From: Zygnema circumcarinatum SAG 698-1b
Taxonomy: Eukaryota > Plantae > Zygnematophyceae
Length of the DNA stretch: 64,000 nucleotides
Reading direction: 5' to 3'
NCBI GenBank assembly: GCA_037447605.1
Contig: CM074808.1
Location: 868,001-932,000 of the forward strand
Positions within the stretch are counted from its first letter, which is position 1. The number at the start of each line of letters is the position of its first letter. The notes beneath the pieces were generated by a model that worked only from the letters and a program-made list of their open reading frames with translations, made no database searches and was not told where the DNA came from. The translations under genes were made by a program, and so were the position numbers. Below are positions 50,679-61,590 of this stretch, piece by piece.

Positions 50679-52310
50679 TCACGGCCTCTTGCTCTTCCCA
50701 ATCTGCGCATGCAGCAAACAAACTGTGAATCAGGACCAGGAAGCGGACAAACAACCACAGACTCCACAAGCGTCAATCAACTAAACATATTTTGTAGACC
50801 TTTGACCAATACATAGTGGTTTCCACGTAGACACCTTGACAAAATCACTACCGAAAAAGGACCCAGTATTGTAAATAAAGAGCACAGAGCCGGCCACATT
50901 CTATTCGCCTCAAAAGATAAAGAAAAGCTCTTTAATCTATGGCTGAACACAAGAACTCCAGCACACTGCCTTTTGACAAAATACATGATTCGGCAAATAT
51001 CCTAAACTGTGACCAATCTTTTTTTAATAACCCATTCCAGACCGACACAATAACTTAGCAGTCGAAGGAGTTCAGATGTTCCTTTCTGCTTGAAATGTCA
51101 ACCACGGCCTTACCTCTTCCTGCACACTCCGTGACAACTCTTGCATTTGATTGACCAACTCTGCTCTCTTCTGGGCACCTGTAAGCACAATAGAACACAG
51201 ACAACAGCAACAGAATTTAGGTGTACCTTTCAAGGCTATCCTCGCAGGTAGAAGCTACACTTATACCGTGCAGATGTTTAATCGCACACTCCAGACTTAG
51301 CATCCATTCGTATATCAGCCCCTACGAGTTATATCACTGGCGAGTAATAGATTACCGACCAGCCATTTTTACCATTATTTTAACCTACTTAAAGGAAATA
51401 GGGTGCATCTTTGAATAACGGTGAGACTACTACTCAGAAACACGTGCGAAACCAACGAATTCCTTTAACCAACGCGGCTTTTACCCAGACTCTCTAACTG
51501 GAATCTTGGAAAATACAAAAAAAGAAAAAGGGAGGGGGGGTAAAGTCTCAAGAAAAGCATACGCTTAAGGTCCCTGGTTCATAAGATTCATCCACAGTAA
51601 CAAAAGTTCAGCCGTACATATACACTAAGCCCGTCTTCACTTCGGAAAATCAAATTGTTGCAAAAGATGGCAATTCCCGACGAACTAAAAGATAGTAAGA
51701 GGCTTTGAAAACCCAAAAAACGTTCTGCAATAAGACTCAAGCTTCAACACATCTTCTGCCGTTCCAATAGACCACTTCCTACTATGTCAGCATAACTTAT
51801 CCCTTCTACTGCCCCATGTCTAGCTTCATTGAAGAAAAACAGCTTTCACAAACAGACTCTCGTCCCTGCAAAATACATTCCCGCTAGCCAGATACCTTAT
51901 ACTAATCGAAACCTCCAGCCCTAAAACACAAGTGTCCAAGCTCCACGCAAAAAGGCTTCAACGAGATAGACGTACAGAACAGACTCTGATGAGCAGCCAA
52001 GCGTCTCTAGTTTCTCCATCCCCTCCGCATAATACTCTTCTACTTCACTTCTCCACTCAGCGCACATTTTCTACATTAAGAAATCAAGCTCCCGCAACTA
52101 TGCCAATTTCCCAACATTTCTGACTTTTGAGAAAACCGTACCGCAAGTTTAAAATCGTCAAGTCCTACCTTTCTGAGCAAGCTCCTCAATAGCCTTCGAC
52201 GAACGCACAGCAAAGCGCTGAAATGATGGATTGTTCGCAAGTCGGTCTACGAGCAGCTCGTTTGCAACGTACTGAACGACACGATTGAAGAAAGAACCTC
52301 CCCCCGCCAT
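50679..52310 (-). CDS. Small conserved protein, NCBP2-AS2-homologue family; 3 exons
   Basis: MAGGGSFFNRVVQYVANELLVDRLANNPSFQRFAVRSSKAIEELAQK|GAQKRAELVNQMQELSRSVQEE|IGKSKRP*. The LANxPxFQRFAVR motif was recognised from memory; splice phases are consistent. Confidence 0.75.
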
Positions 52311-52730
52311 CTTCCTGATGCACACAGACAGAACTCCTCCCTCTAGAAACGAAGAGTGCAAACCAGTCGGTCTCCTGCACCGCTCCTCTGCCTCACTTAG
52401 GGTTGCCCTCCCTCCCCCCACTCGCTGCAGGCAGTCCCGCTGAGGGGACGGGGAGGAAGGAGAAGCTTCCATTCTCATAGAAGTGCCGTATGCAGTGACG
52501 TCACTCTCATTTTAACCACGTCATCGGGTAACATTTTTTTTGTCACAACTCAGCAAACTCAAAGTCAACCCCCAGAAACTAAAAACCAGTTTTCCCAACC
52601 AATTTTTTTCTCCGCAATTTTCTATTTTAACTCCAACTTCCCTACGGACGCTTGCAAACCCAAACGAGGTCGTACAAACCAGGTTTGTCAGCCGTACGGG
52701 TCATACATATCAGCCGTACAGTAGTCAAAT

Positions 52731-53252
52731 ACAGTAGGGGATCCTCATATTTTCCACCCTGGTTTTGGCCGATATGAGGCGAAAATATTGATTTTGCATA
52801 TATAAGGTTCGTGTTACCAATAGACGGGCGGTATTATGTTAGAGTTCATGTTGAACCGTGCGTATCGTACCGTACCATATCGGACCGTATCGTACTGTAT
52901 CGTGAGTTCCGTATCGTATCGTGCCATATCGTAACGCATAGACGTACAGTAGGACCCCATCATATTTTCCACCTACATTTGGCAAATTTCGGGCGAAAAT
53001 ATTGTTTTTGGCAAATATAAGGTCCGTGTTACCAATAGGCGAGCGGAATTATGTTAGAGTTCATGTATGTCCGTACGTATCGTATCGTATCGTGTCGTTT
53101 TGTGGCATATCGTACCGCATCGTACCGTATCGTTTAAATTCGAGCGCGTAACGGCTACAATAGACCCCCCCAATATTTTCGCCATGGTTTCGGCAAATAT
53201 TGGGCGAAAATATTGGGTAGCGAAAATATAAGGGTGTCCGTGTTAACAATAG
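52731..53252. repeat. ~210-215 bp tandem repeat, 2.5 copies, each with an inverted repeat and a (CGTAT/CGTAC)n tract
   Basis: Units start at about 52731, 52946 and 53159. Shared blocks: catattttccacc...ggcgaaaatattg...atataagg.tcgtgttaccaatag.cg.gcgg.attatgttagagttcatgt. Confidence 0.9.
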
Positions 53253-53387
53253 GAGAAAAGATGTTTGATTGAACTCACGATGGCAAGGCCATCAAATGTA
53301 CAAGGAGAAAATCGACATACGGAACCAAAAGAAGCGGTCACAACGGACAGAAGGACAGAGAGAAAGCTTGGAAACGGAAATCAACTT

Positions 53388-54934
53388 CTAGGCGCAACAA
53401 CACGGCACTAGAAGCAGCCGCGAAGGTCGCCAATGTGGGGCGCAGTACGTGCGGGAAGGGGCGGAAGACCACCGGGACGGGTCCCAACAACTGCGGCNNN
53501 NNNNNNNATCAGCCAATACGACGTCCCCAAAAATACGTCGCGCGCCGTCCAAAAGAGCAAGGTCGGGCCGCACATTGCGCTCGCCCGTTGAAGTCGGCCG
53601 AGGTGGTATAACATGGGTCGGCTCGCGCTGCACAAGGTAACCCGCCTCCTGAGCCACGGCGGCAATAGCATCACGGACAACATTGTGGGCCAAAATGCGC
53701 TCGCCACCGCGTACACACCGAAGAAGATGCACACCCTGCGCATCAATCGAACGACCACAACCACAACGGGGAGAACCCTGCAAAGGGGGGTGGGGGAGCC
53801 CAAGACGAAGACGCGCAGCAAGTTGAAACTGGCTCGGAGCGAGTCGAAGGGGGGAAAAAATCGGGGTAGCAGCCAGCCACGCCCCTACACCGTGACCAAA
53901 GACAAGATCGCGAATCGGAAAGCACGCCGCTAAATATCGAAGGAGAGCCGCACAAGGGTAGAAAAACTCGCCAGCAACAACCTCCTCGGCCACAATAGTC
54001 CGGACGCCACGAAACGACTAACAACAGCCGTGGAAGCAAAGGGGAACACGGGCTTGGGCACTAGAAGGGAGCAAACCATGAGCAGCGCGCAAAGCAATCT
54101 GGAAGGGAAGATGACCATCATCAACATGAGCAACAACAGACTGGAGCAACGGACGATCATCCACAAGGAAACGTGAAGCTAGAACCGGAGCAACAAGAGC
54201 CCAACTACCCAAAAAGGCAGGGGATGCAATACGTGCAGTTGGGACAAGCCCCAAACCGCCTGCAGAAATAGGGAGCGAGGCTTGCAAACGAGCAAGCGGG
54301 CCTTCCGGCCGGTCAAAAATACCCGCACCCAAGAGGCGATGACACACAGAAAATAAACGCTCATCAAAAGATCGCAAGGAAACAAGAAAAGCATCGGTAG
54401 GAGGGAGGGTCCGTAAGAGGTAAGAGGGACGTAAGGCAAAACAACGAGTAAGTAAGGAAAAAGCCACCTAAGGATCAGAAAGGTGAGGCAACTCATCAAC
54501 CTGAGACACATCCTCAACCAAAGCATCCTCCACAAAACGATCAACATATGATGCAGCTCCAAAAGGGCAACCAAGAACGCGGATACCAAGCGCGTCTGAG
54601 CAAGTCTGTATACCCGACGGTAGCGAAAGGGAAGCGGGGAGACCAACTGGAGACCAAGCAAAACATTTGGACAAATTAACAGTACGCTGCAAAGCTACCA
54701 GTCGAGTACTGAAATCAGTAAAAGCAGCAACAACCTGGTCAGNNNNNNNNNNGCTAGTACCACCAAAAGGGAAAAGGAGAGGGCTCGAACGAGAATAAAA
54801 GGCACGAACAAAGGGAAAAATAGAGGCGATAGGGGCAAGAGCCTCGCGCAACTCCCAAAAAATCTCCTCACGTGCAACACTGTTGAAGGCGTTCGTCACA
54901 TCAACCTGCAAAACCACCCAATCCGGATGAAGGT
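53388..54934 (-). mobile_element. Degenerate non-LTR retrotransposon with restriction-like endonuclease (CRE/R2-group), 5' part displaced by a copia insertion
   Basis: RT segment WVVLQVDVTNAFNSVAREEIF, GIRVLGCPFG, ASLPISAGGLGL. C-terminal zinc-knuckle CGCGRSIDAQGVHLLRC, then HNVVRDA and RPDL...GDVV (RLE PD..D). Frameshifts and two N gaps. Confidence 0.85.
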
Positions 54935-56320
54935 GTTGGTGCAGGGACTCCTCCACTGCTGCCGTCCGTTCCTCCATTCGGGTCACCCTCCATCGGAGTT
55001 CGCGTTCCAATCGACGATGACATATTCAAATCCCTCACATTCACTCATAGCCCATTTTACTCACAGAGTGAATCACAGCAAACAATGCACAGCGGAATAA
55101 CAGAGAGAAATGAATAGGAGAAAGCTCCTGGCTCTAAAACTCCTTAATAGTGAATTCACTCATACATTGAGAGACCCCCTCTCAAATCGGCCACCCAAGT
55201 AATCTCACAGCTCACTACCTCACAGCACGAGTAAGTGTAGTGTCGCAATACGAGCGAACAGCATAACAGAGACTACTACAGCCTGAATGAATTGTTACCC
55301 CACATAACAAAAAGCTAATCCTTAAGTACTATGTCACTACACACGTGACAACAACATGCTACGAAGCTAACAACATCGACTAGCTGCCCGCAGCACCCTA
55401 TCCTCGATCCTAACTTCAAGGCTGCCGGATCCTCGACTCCATCGGATCTAGCCCCGGGCCTTCCGATCCCACCTCGCCTTCTTCCATCTCGGATCCACGC
55501 CTTTGGCGCCGTAGGATCTGACCTGCCTCCAAGATAGATGACGCTGGCCATCCTCCCCCGCCGCCTCACGCCAATCGCATTAACCGACGCAGTCCGCATA
55601 ATTTGAATCGCCGACACCTGACGCCGCATCACGCCGTTCTAATCGCCAATCCAAAGGTCACGCCGCGCCGCTGCCGCTTTATTCATCATACACATTCAAT
55701 TTGCTCACGGCCGCTGCTGCCAGCTTTACGCCATTTCGATTCGTCGCCGCGCTCGCCACTTCGACTGCCGGCCAGCGCTTCCACGCACTAAAGTCCGTAA
55801 GACTGGCCGGGCCTAGGGCACACGCCGCTAGAAAGTGGGCCACACACCGGCAGCCGCCTCAGGCGAGGTGTCGCCACTTCTCCCCGCCGTAGAGCTCCTG
55901 ACATCTTCAATGACTTGATCAACCACACTCCTCAAGGATGTAGACACACACACAAGTCTGAATGCAGTAGAACAGATCAGCGGAAATGAGAAGATGTAAG
56001 GAGAAAGCCTCCAGCCTAAAACTCCTTCATATAAAGATGAATACAACTTGACAACTCTAGAGCCAAGCTTCAAGCACCTAAACTCAAGCTATGTGAATAC
56101 ACCACCCCACTACAAGATGAACGCTTCCCACTATCTTCTAAGCCCAAAGCAAGATAGCCGCACTGCCTACGTGAGTCCCGAGAAGGTTAATTCCTTCAAA
56201 ACAGACCTCCATCATATACAACAATGGCCGTGTGACGTGACACAAGTTGTCACGTCTCGTCCGCCATTGCAAGCCCATGCACTATCTCAGTGGGCGCACT
56301 CAGGAATAGCGACCAGCTAG
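54935..56320 (-). mobile_element. Ty1/copia element A: 3' LTR (54935-55927), PPT and a stub of internal region
   Basis: The reverse complement of 54935-55500 aligns with the copia LTR at 62000-62579 (e.g. tgttggtg.agggactcctccact; catagcccattttact; aggagaaagctc.ggctctaaaactccttaata). Termini TGTGG...CCAACA; length 993 bp vs ~989 bp. PPT-like TTGAGGAG at 55935-55928. Confidence 0.75.
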
Positions 56321-57019
56321 TGTAGCGAAACGCTACAGTCACCTACGGGAGATGTACTTAGGGCGCTTTCCGTCCTTGTACTCTCGCCCGGGCGCCGGCC
56401 GAGTGGTTAAGGCGCCGAGCACCATCTGGGACCCAGAAGGTCCTGAAATCGAACCTTGCAAATATTGCAAGGGTTCGATATGGCGCGATATACATAGATA
56501 TATCGTGCCGCCGATGTAGTCGATGGATTAGCGAATCCTGACTACATTTCCTTTACGTTTTGGAACGTAACCGTCGTCCGTACAGAGGCGGGTAGCCGTT
56601 GGTACGGACGGACTGACAGTCAGACCCCGCGCCGCGCGCGCATGGTCTGACCGTGCGCCGACGTACGGCGGCGCGCCACATCGCGGCATGCACCGCGGAA
56701 TGCGGCGTGGAATGCGGCGCGCGTACGTACGTTCAAACTCCTCTGATCTTTTCCAGGTCAGAGTTGGCCACGTGGCGGTTTGCCATTGGACAACCCTGCT
56801 TCCAATCCTCCATGCTGGTAGGAGGTTCGACGGGGGAAGCGTAAAGGGGCATAGGTGACTGTCGTCACCCAACCAACGTACCGGCATACGGTTGCACCCC
56901 TGCCCAGGGCTGCGCCACCCTCTGAAGCTCTCTCTCTCGCTCTCTTGCTCTTTTCTTGATGGAGACTCTGAGTGCTATTCCGCGCACGGCTGAGAAGGCT
57001 AGCTTTTTCAGTCGTGACA
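56321..57019 (+). repeat. Chromovirus 5' LTR
   Basis: Starts TGTAGCG, ends GTGACA immediately before the PBS; repeated from 61105. Confidence 0.93.
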
Positions 57020-57073
57020 TTTGGTATCAGAGCCGCGTTGCGGCCTTCTCTTTTGACAGAGAACCTGCGGGTC

Positions 57074-58618
57074 ATGGTGACCACCCGCCGGGCAGGAGGA
57101 GACCCGGGGCCCTCGGGGCCGCCACCTCCACCTCCCGTCCCCCGGGACGAGGAGATGGAGGAGAACTCGGAGACTGCGCCGGTCCCCATGGAGGGGCCGA
57201 GTCCCGAGCCCACGGATGACCAAGGTCATCCGGAGAACGTTACCCCTCCCTCTTCCCAACCGGAGCCATCGGCTCCGGCAGCGGCCATGGCTGGGTCCGA
57301 TCCCATGATTGGGGCCCACATCACTGTGGGCGCGGCCCAGAAGATGAAGACGAAAATCGAGGATCTGAGGAAGGAGGTGACTCGGAATAACGTCTCCACC
57401 ATGGCGTGCTCGCGGAAGGTGGACGACATGGAGCTTACGGTCCGCCGGTTGGTGGATACGCTCCAGATGGAGTTTAGGGGCCTGGCGGAGAGGCTCCGAA
57501 TCATCGAAGAAGGTATGCCCCGAACCCCCCCTCAGGCTGTAGAGGCAATGGATGCAGCAGGTCCTGGGGAAAGGGTTAGGCATACCACTCCGGTCGCGTC
57601 GTCCTTGCCGACGCCCCCACCGGCTGCGAACAGCAGCCGGCAGAAAACAGCGCCCCCTGTCTCCTCAACGGGGGGAAGTCACCCGCATGGGGGTGGCGAA
57701 CCACCCAGCAGTGGTGGGTCCCCAGGAGGGGCAGCTGCTGGCGGCAGAGGAGATCCCAGTCCTCGGACTGCTCCTCCGCAACCCACTGAGGATGCCAAGC
57801 GGAATCGGGCCAAGGTGGCCCCGATTTCCGTTTGGGGTGAACGTCCTGCCACGGACTGCTCTATCGAGCAGTGGTTGGGTCAAACGAAGGGTTACCTTCT
57901 GGCGACCAACTGTCCCCCCCTCCAGTGGGTAAGCTTTGCTTACCCAGCACTCCGAGGCGCCGCATACAGGGTGTATGAGGGCCTCTCGGATGAGATTGGG
58001 GACGATTGGGATAAGTTCAGAGATGAACTTATCAAACATTTTGGGTCCCTGGACCCGGGTTTGGAGGCCAGGGACAAGTTTCAGAACATGGTCCAAACCG
58101 GCAGTGTCAAGCAGTTTCTGCGAGACCTGCGTCAAGTGGTGCCACAAATCACCATACACAAGCCTGGGCAGGCTGAGTTCTTCTACCACTTCAGGAACGG
58201 TTTGAAGCCACACCTGAGGAAGCAGCTAGGGACTAACCCACGGACTCTGAAACCGTGGGATCCCGCTGACTCTGAGCTGTACTTTGATGCAGCCATTCAG
58301 TTGGACACCGCCCCTGCAGGCGATGCAGGACCTTCCCGACCCCAGCAGCGGGCGGGTGATGTGCAAGGGTCGATGAAGGCAGGACCCTCAGCTCCTGCCA
58401 AGCTGGCAGGAAAGACTAAGCGGAAGCAGCCGGAAACGACTGCTCGCCCAGCCAGTGCAAGGCCGCAGAAGTTGACTCCAGAGGAAATGGAGAAGATGCA
58501 GCGGGAGAACAAATGTTTCCGTTGCAGGAAGGAGGGGCACAAGGCCCGTGATTGTCCTTTGAACTTTAAGGACAGGAAGGGCAAGGGGCCGGAAAACCCC
58601 AACCCACCAGCAGCTTAG
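57074..58618 (+). CDS. gag: Chromovirus Gag (retrotransposon gag domain plus CCHC zinc knuckle), intact ORF
   Basis: ATG 57074. WLGQTKGYL...LRGAAYRVY...WDKFRDELIKHF...ARDKFQNMVQTGSVKQF...FRNGLKPHLR; knuckle CFRCRKEGHKARDC. Confidence 0.9.
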   Translation: MVTTRRAGGDPGPSGPPPPPPVPRDEEMEENSETAPVPMEGPSPEPTDDQGHPENVTPPSSQPEPSAPAAAMAGSDPMIGAHITVGAAQKMKTKIEDLRKEVTRNNVSTMACSRKVDDMELTVRRLVDTLQMEFRGLAERLRIIEEGMPRTPPQAVEAMDAAGPGERVRHTTPVASSLPTPPPAANSSRQKTAPPVSSTGGSHPHGGGEPPSSGGSPGGAAAGGRGDPSPRTAPPQPTEDAKRNRAKVAPISVWGERPATDCSIEQWLGQTKGYLLATNCPPLQWVSFAYPALRGAAYRVYEGLSDEIGDDWDKFRDELIKHFGSLDPGLEARDKFQNMVQTGSVKQFLRDLRQVVPQITIHKPGQAEFFYHFRNGLKPHLRKQLGTNPRTLKPWDPADSELYFDAAIQLDTAPAGDAGPSRPQQRAGDVQGSMKAGPSAPAKLAGKTKRKQPETTARPASARPQKLTPEEMEKMQRENKCFRCRKEGHKARDCPLNFKDRKGKGPENPNPPAA

Positions 58619-60916
58619 GGGTCGTTGCTGGTGGACATGCTAGGTTAGGGGAAGGGATGGAGACTGCTGCCAGGACTAGGGGACATTTGTTTCTTAGAAC
58701 CTTGGACATTCTTAAATTGATGGGCAGACCTTTGGGAATGCACGACCTCCTTGTGTGTGATGCACTCCCTGTTTCCATTTCTCTCTCCCCTGCCACTGTG
58801 GTGACTCCTTCTGGATTCATGGGTGTAGTGATGCATGGTCAATGGCATGTCTTTATCCTCAATGTAATGGGCGATGATGTCTTGGTGGAATGTGCCATGG
58901 ATGCTTTGCATGTCATGAGGGACACATCCCACATCCTTGGGCTGCATGTGCTGGTTCCTCAACACATGGCAGTTCGCACCTTTCCCAACGCCACTTGGCG
59001 GTTGGTGAAACAGTTGAGGAAAGGGCATCAGGTGGTGCAACTGATGGAAGGATCCACCAGTTCACTGGTTGGATCACCCTACACCTTGGTGTGGAGGACA
59101 GCTCGTCCTCAACCCTCGCATATAGTGCGATCTATGTTCCATCTTGCCCATCGGGCCATGACCTTCACTGGGACAGCCAATGGCCACCCAGCAGTGATAC
59201 TGCTAGATACTGGGGCAGATGCTAATTTTGTTAGTTCTGCATTCACCCAGACATTTGGGTTGACCACAGATCCCCATTCGGAGAGTGTTACTTTCGGGGA
59301 CGGACGCAAGGGCCAGATTTCTGGTAGCGTCACCCTCAAGATCAAGCTCCAATCTTACTCCGGAGCAGTGAAGTGTCTTTTGACACAGCTGGCCCCTGGA
59401 ACTGATGTTATTTTGGGGGAGTGCTTGGTTAACCATGGTCAAGGCCCAACTAGATTTCTCCATCCCACATTGCGTCCTGCACAGTGGTGACAAGCGCATA
59501 ACCTTGCACCCTGGCAGATCCACATCCACTGTTACCAAACAGTTGGATGACCCTTATCTCTGTTCGGCCATGCATCTGGCCAAAGCAGTAAAGGAGGGTT
59601 GCACCTTGTTTATGGTGCGTGTCATGGCAGCCACTGAGGATGTGCATGACGAGGATCAAGAATGGCAGGTCACACCTACGGATGTGCTCTCGGCTGTTCC
59701 ATCCCAAATCCAACCTCTGTTGGATGAATTCAGGGATGTCTTCCCTGATGACCTTCCAAGAGGGTTGCCACCCTCTCGAGGGGTGGGGCATACAATCCCT
59801 CTTGAGCCTGAGCAAAAGCCGCCTTGGCGGCCGATCTATCGGTTAAGTCCAAAGGAAACCGAAGAGATGCGTAAGCAGTTGACTAATTTACGGGACAAGG
59901 GCTGGATAGAACCCAGTCAGAGCCCCTTTGGGGCGCCCATCTTGTTCGTTGGGAAGAAAGATGGCTCGTTGAGGATGTGCATTGATTATCGCGCACTCAA
60001 CAAGATCACCGTAAAGAATCGATTTGCTTTACCACGTATTGATGATCTATTGGATCGTCTTCACGGCGCCAAAGTGTTTACGTCACTTGACCTTGCTCAA
60101 GGGTATCATCAGATCCGTGTTACGGAGGCTGATGTGCTTGTTTAAGGTACTGAGGACGAACCGGTTTTATGCCAAGAGAAAGAAGTGTCACTTCATGCAA
60201 CGTGAGTTGCTATATCTTGGGCATATTCTCAATGATCAGGGCCTTCGGCCAGATCCTGCCAAGGTTTCTGCGGTAGAAACTTGGGCGCCACCTACTGACT
60301 TACATCAGTTGAGGTCATTCTTGGGATTTGCGAATTATTTTCGTAAGTTCATCCAAGGGTTTAGTAAGCTGGTTACTCCCTTGACAAATTTGACACGTTC
60401 CGGTGTCCCCTTTGTATGGACCCCTGAGTGCCAGGAAGCATTCGTGGGTGTCCGCCATGCACCTGTTACCGCACCTACTCTCCGTTTAGCGGACCCGTCC
60501 AAGCCTTATGAAGTGGTTTGTGACGCTTCGGGATTCGCCTTGGGTGCCGTCTTGTTCCAAGATGGTCAGCCTCTGGCTTATGAAAGTCGCAAAATGAATC
60601 CCGCTGAGCGCAACTATTCTGCAACAGAACAGGAACTGCTTGCAGNNNNNNNNNNTTTCATGTGGGATTGCTAAAGGTCTACCGTAGCGATGGGAGGATC
60701 CAGCCACCTCCCCCACCAATGGAACTTGAAGGTGAACTTGAGTATGAAGTTGAAACCATTCAAGCCCACCGTATTGTGAGAAAGGGTCGATCTTCCCGTC
60801 ACGAATACCTCGTGAAATGGTTGGGCTATGGGGTTGAACATAGCACATGGGAAGCCGAGGGCAACTTAACCAATTGCCAACAGCTCATCAACTTGTACCG
60901 GGAGGCGAGGTCATAG
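58570..60916 (+). pseudogene. pol: Chromovirus Pol (protease-RT-RNaseH-[integrase mostly in gap/missing]-chromodomain), disrupted
   Basis: Protease LLDTGA. Frameshift near 59420. [32 protein letters not shown]...[11 protein letters not shown], then a jump at ~60135 that skips the PFGL/YxDD block. RNaseH VVCDASGFALGAVL..QELLA, then N gap 60646-60655. Chromodomain YEVETIQAHR...YLVKWLGYG..HSTWE. Confidence 0.92.
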
Positions 60917-61104
60917 GGAGCGGCTACAGGGCGCTCGGGGTTCCCGAGCCGCCCCTTCGCAACTCGAAAGGGACTTGACCGATTATCGCTGGTGCCTCCC
61001 GTTATCACGTGAGTTTGACGCTGCGTCGCTGAAACTACGAAGTCAGCTTTACTACCTCTTACACACGTGAACGAGGGCGCTCACATTCTCATTGGGGGGA
61101 GTAA

Positions 61105-61590
61105 TGTAGCGTAAACGCTACGCCACCTACGGAGATGTACTTAGGCGCTCGGCCCTTGTACTCGCCCGAAAGCGCCGCCAAGTGGTTAAGGGCGCCGAAG
61201 CACCATCCGGGACCCGGGGAGGTCCTGATCTAACCTGCAAATATCGGGTATAATTCGATATGGCGCGATATACATAGATATATCGTGCCGCCGATGTAGT
61301 CGATGGATTAGCGAATCCTGACTACATTTCCTTTACGTTTTGGAACGTAACCGTCGTCCGTACAGAGGCGGGTAGCCGTTGGTACGGACGGACTGACAGT
61401 CAGACCCCGCGCCGCGCGCGCATGGTCTGACCGTGCGCCGACGTACGGCGGCGCGCCACATCGCGGCATGCACCGCGGAATGCGGCGCGCGTACGTACGT
61501 TCAAACTCCTCTAATCTTTTCCAGGTCAGAGTTGGCCACGTGGCGGTTTGCCATTGGACAACCCTGCTTCCAATCCTCCATGCTGGTAGG
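61105..61590 (+). repeat. Chromovirus 3' LTR, truncated by a copia insertion
   Basis: Matches 56321-~56822 and breaks at catgctggtagg|TGTTAG. Confidence 0.92.

Larger units (their letters stand above)
53498..60655. other. Three assembly gaps of 10 N (53498-53507, 54743-54752, 60646-60655)
   Basis: Runs of n in the sequence; true gap sizes unknown. Confidence 1.
56321..61590 (+). mobile_element. Ty3/gypsy chromovirus LTR retrotransposon (defective), 3' LTR interrupted
   Basis: 5' LTR 56321-57019 (TG...CA), tRNA-iMet PBS TGGTATCAGAGC 57022-57033, gag, pol with chromodomain, PPT GGGGGGAG 61094-61101, 3' LTR from 61105. Confidence 0.96.

Noticed and set aside
52731-53252. CRISPR-like array
   Set aside because: Eukaryotic context, whole units are homologous with no unique spacers, and no cas genes.
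54935-55010. N-terminus 'MERELRWRVTRMEERT...' of the LINE ORF 54468-55010
   Set aside because: This part is copia LTR sequence read through by chance; the LINE sequence begins at 54934.
56389-56465. Functional tRNA gene
   Set aside because: No acceptor stem or clear anticodon arm; kept only as a tRNA-derived promoter-like motif.
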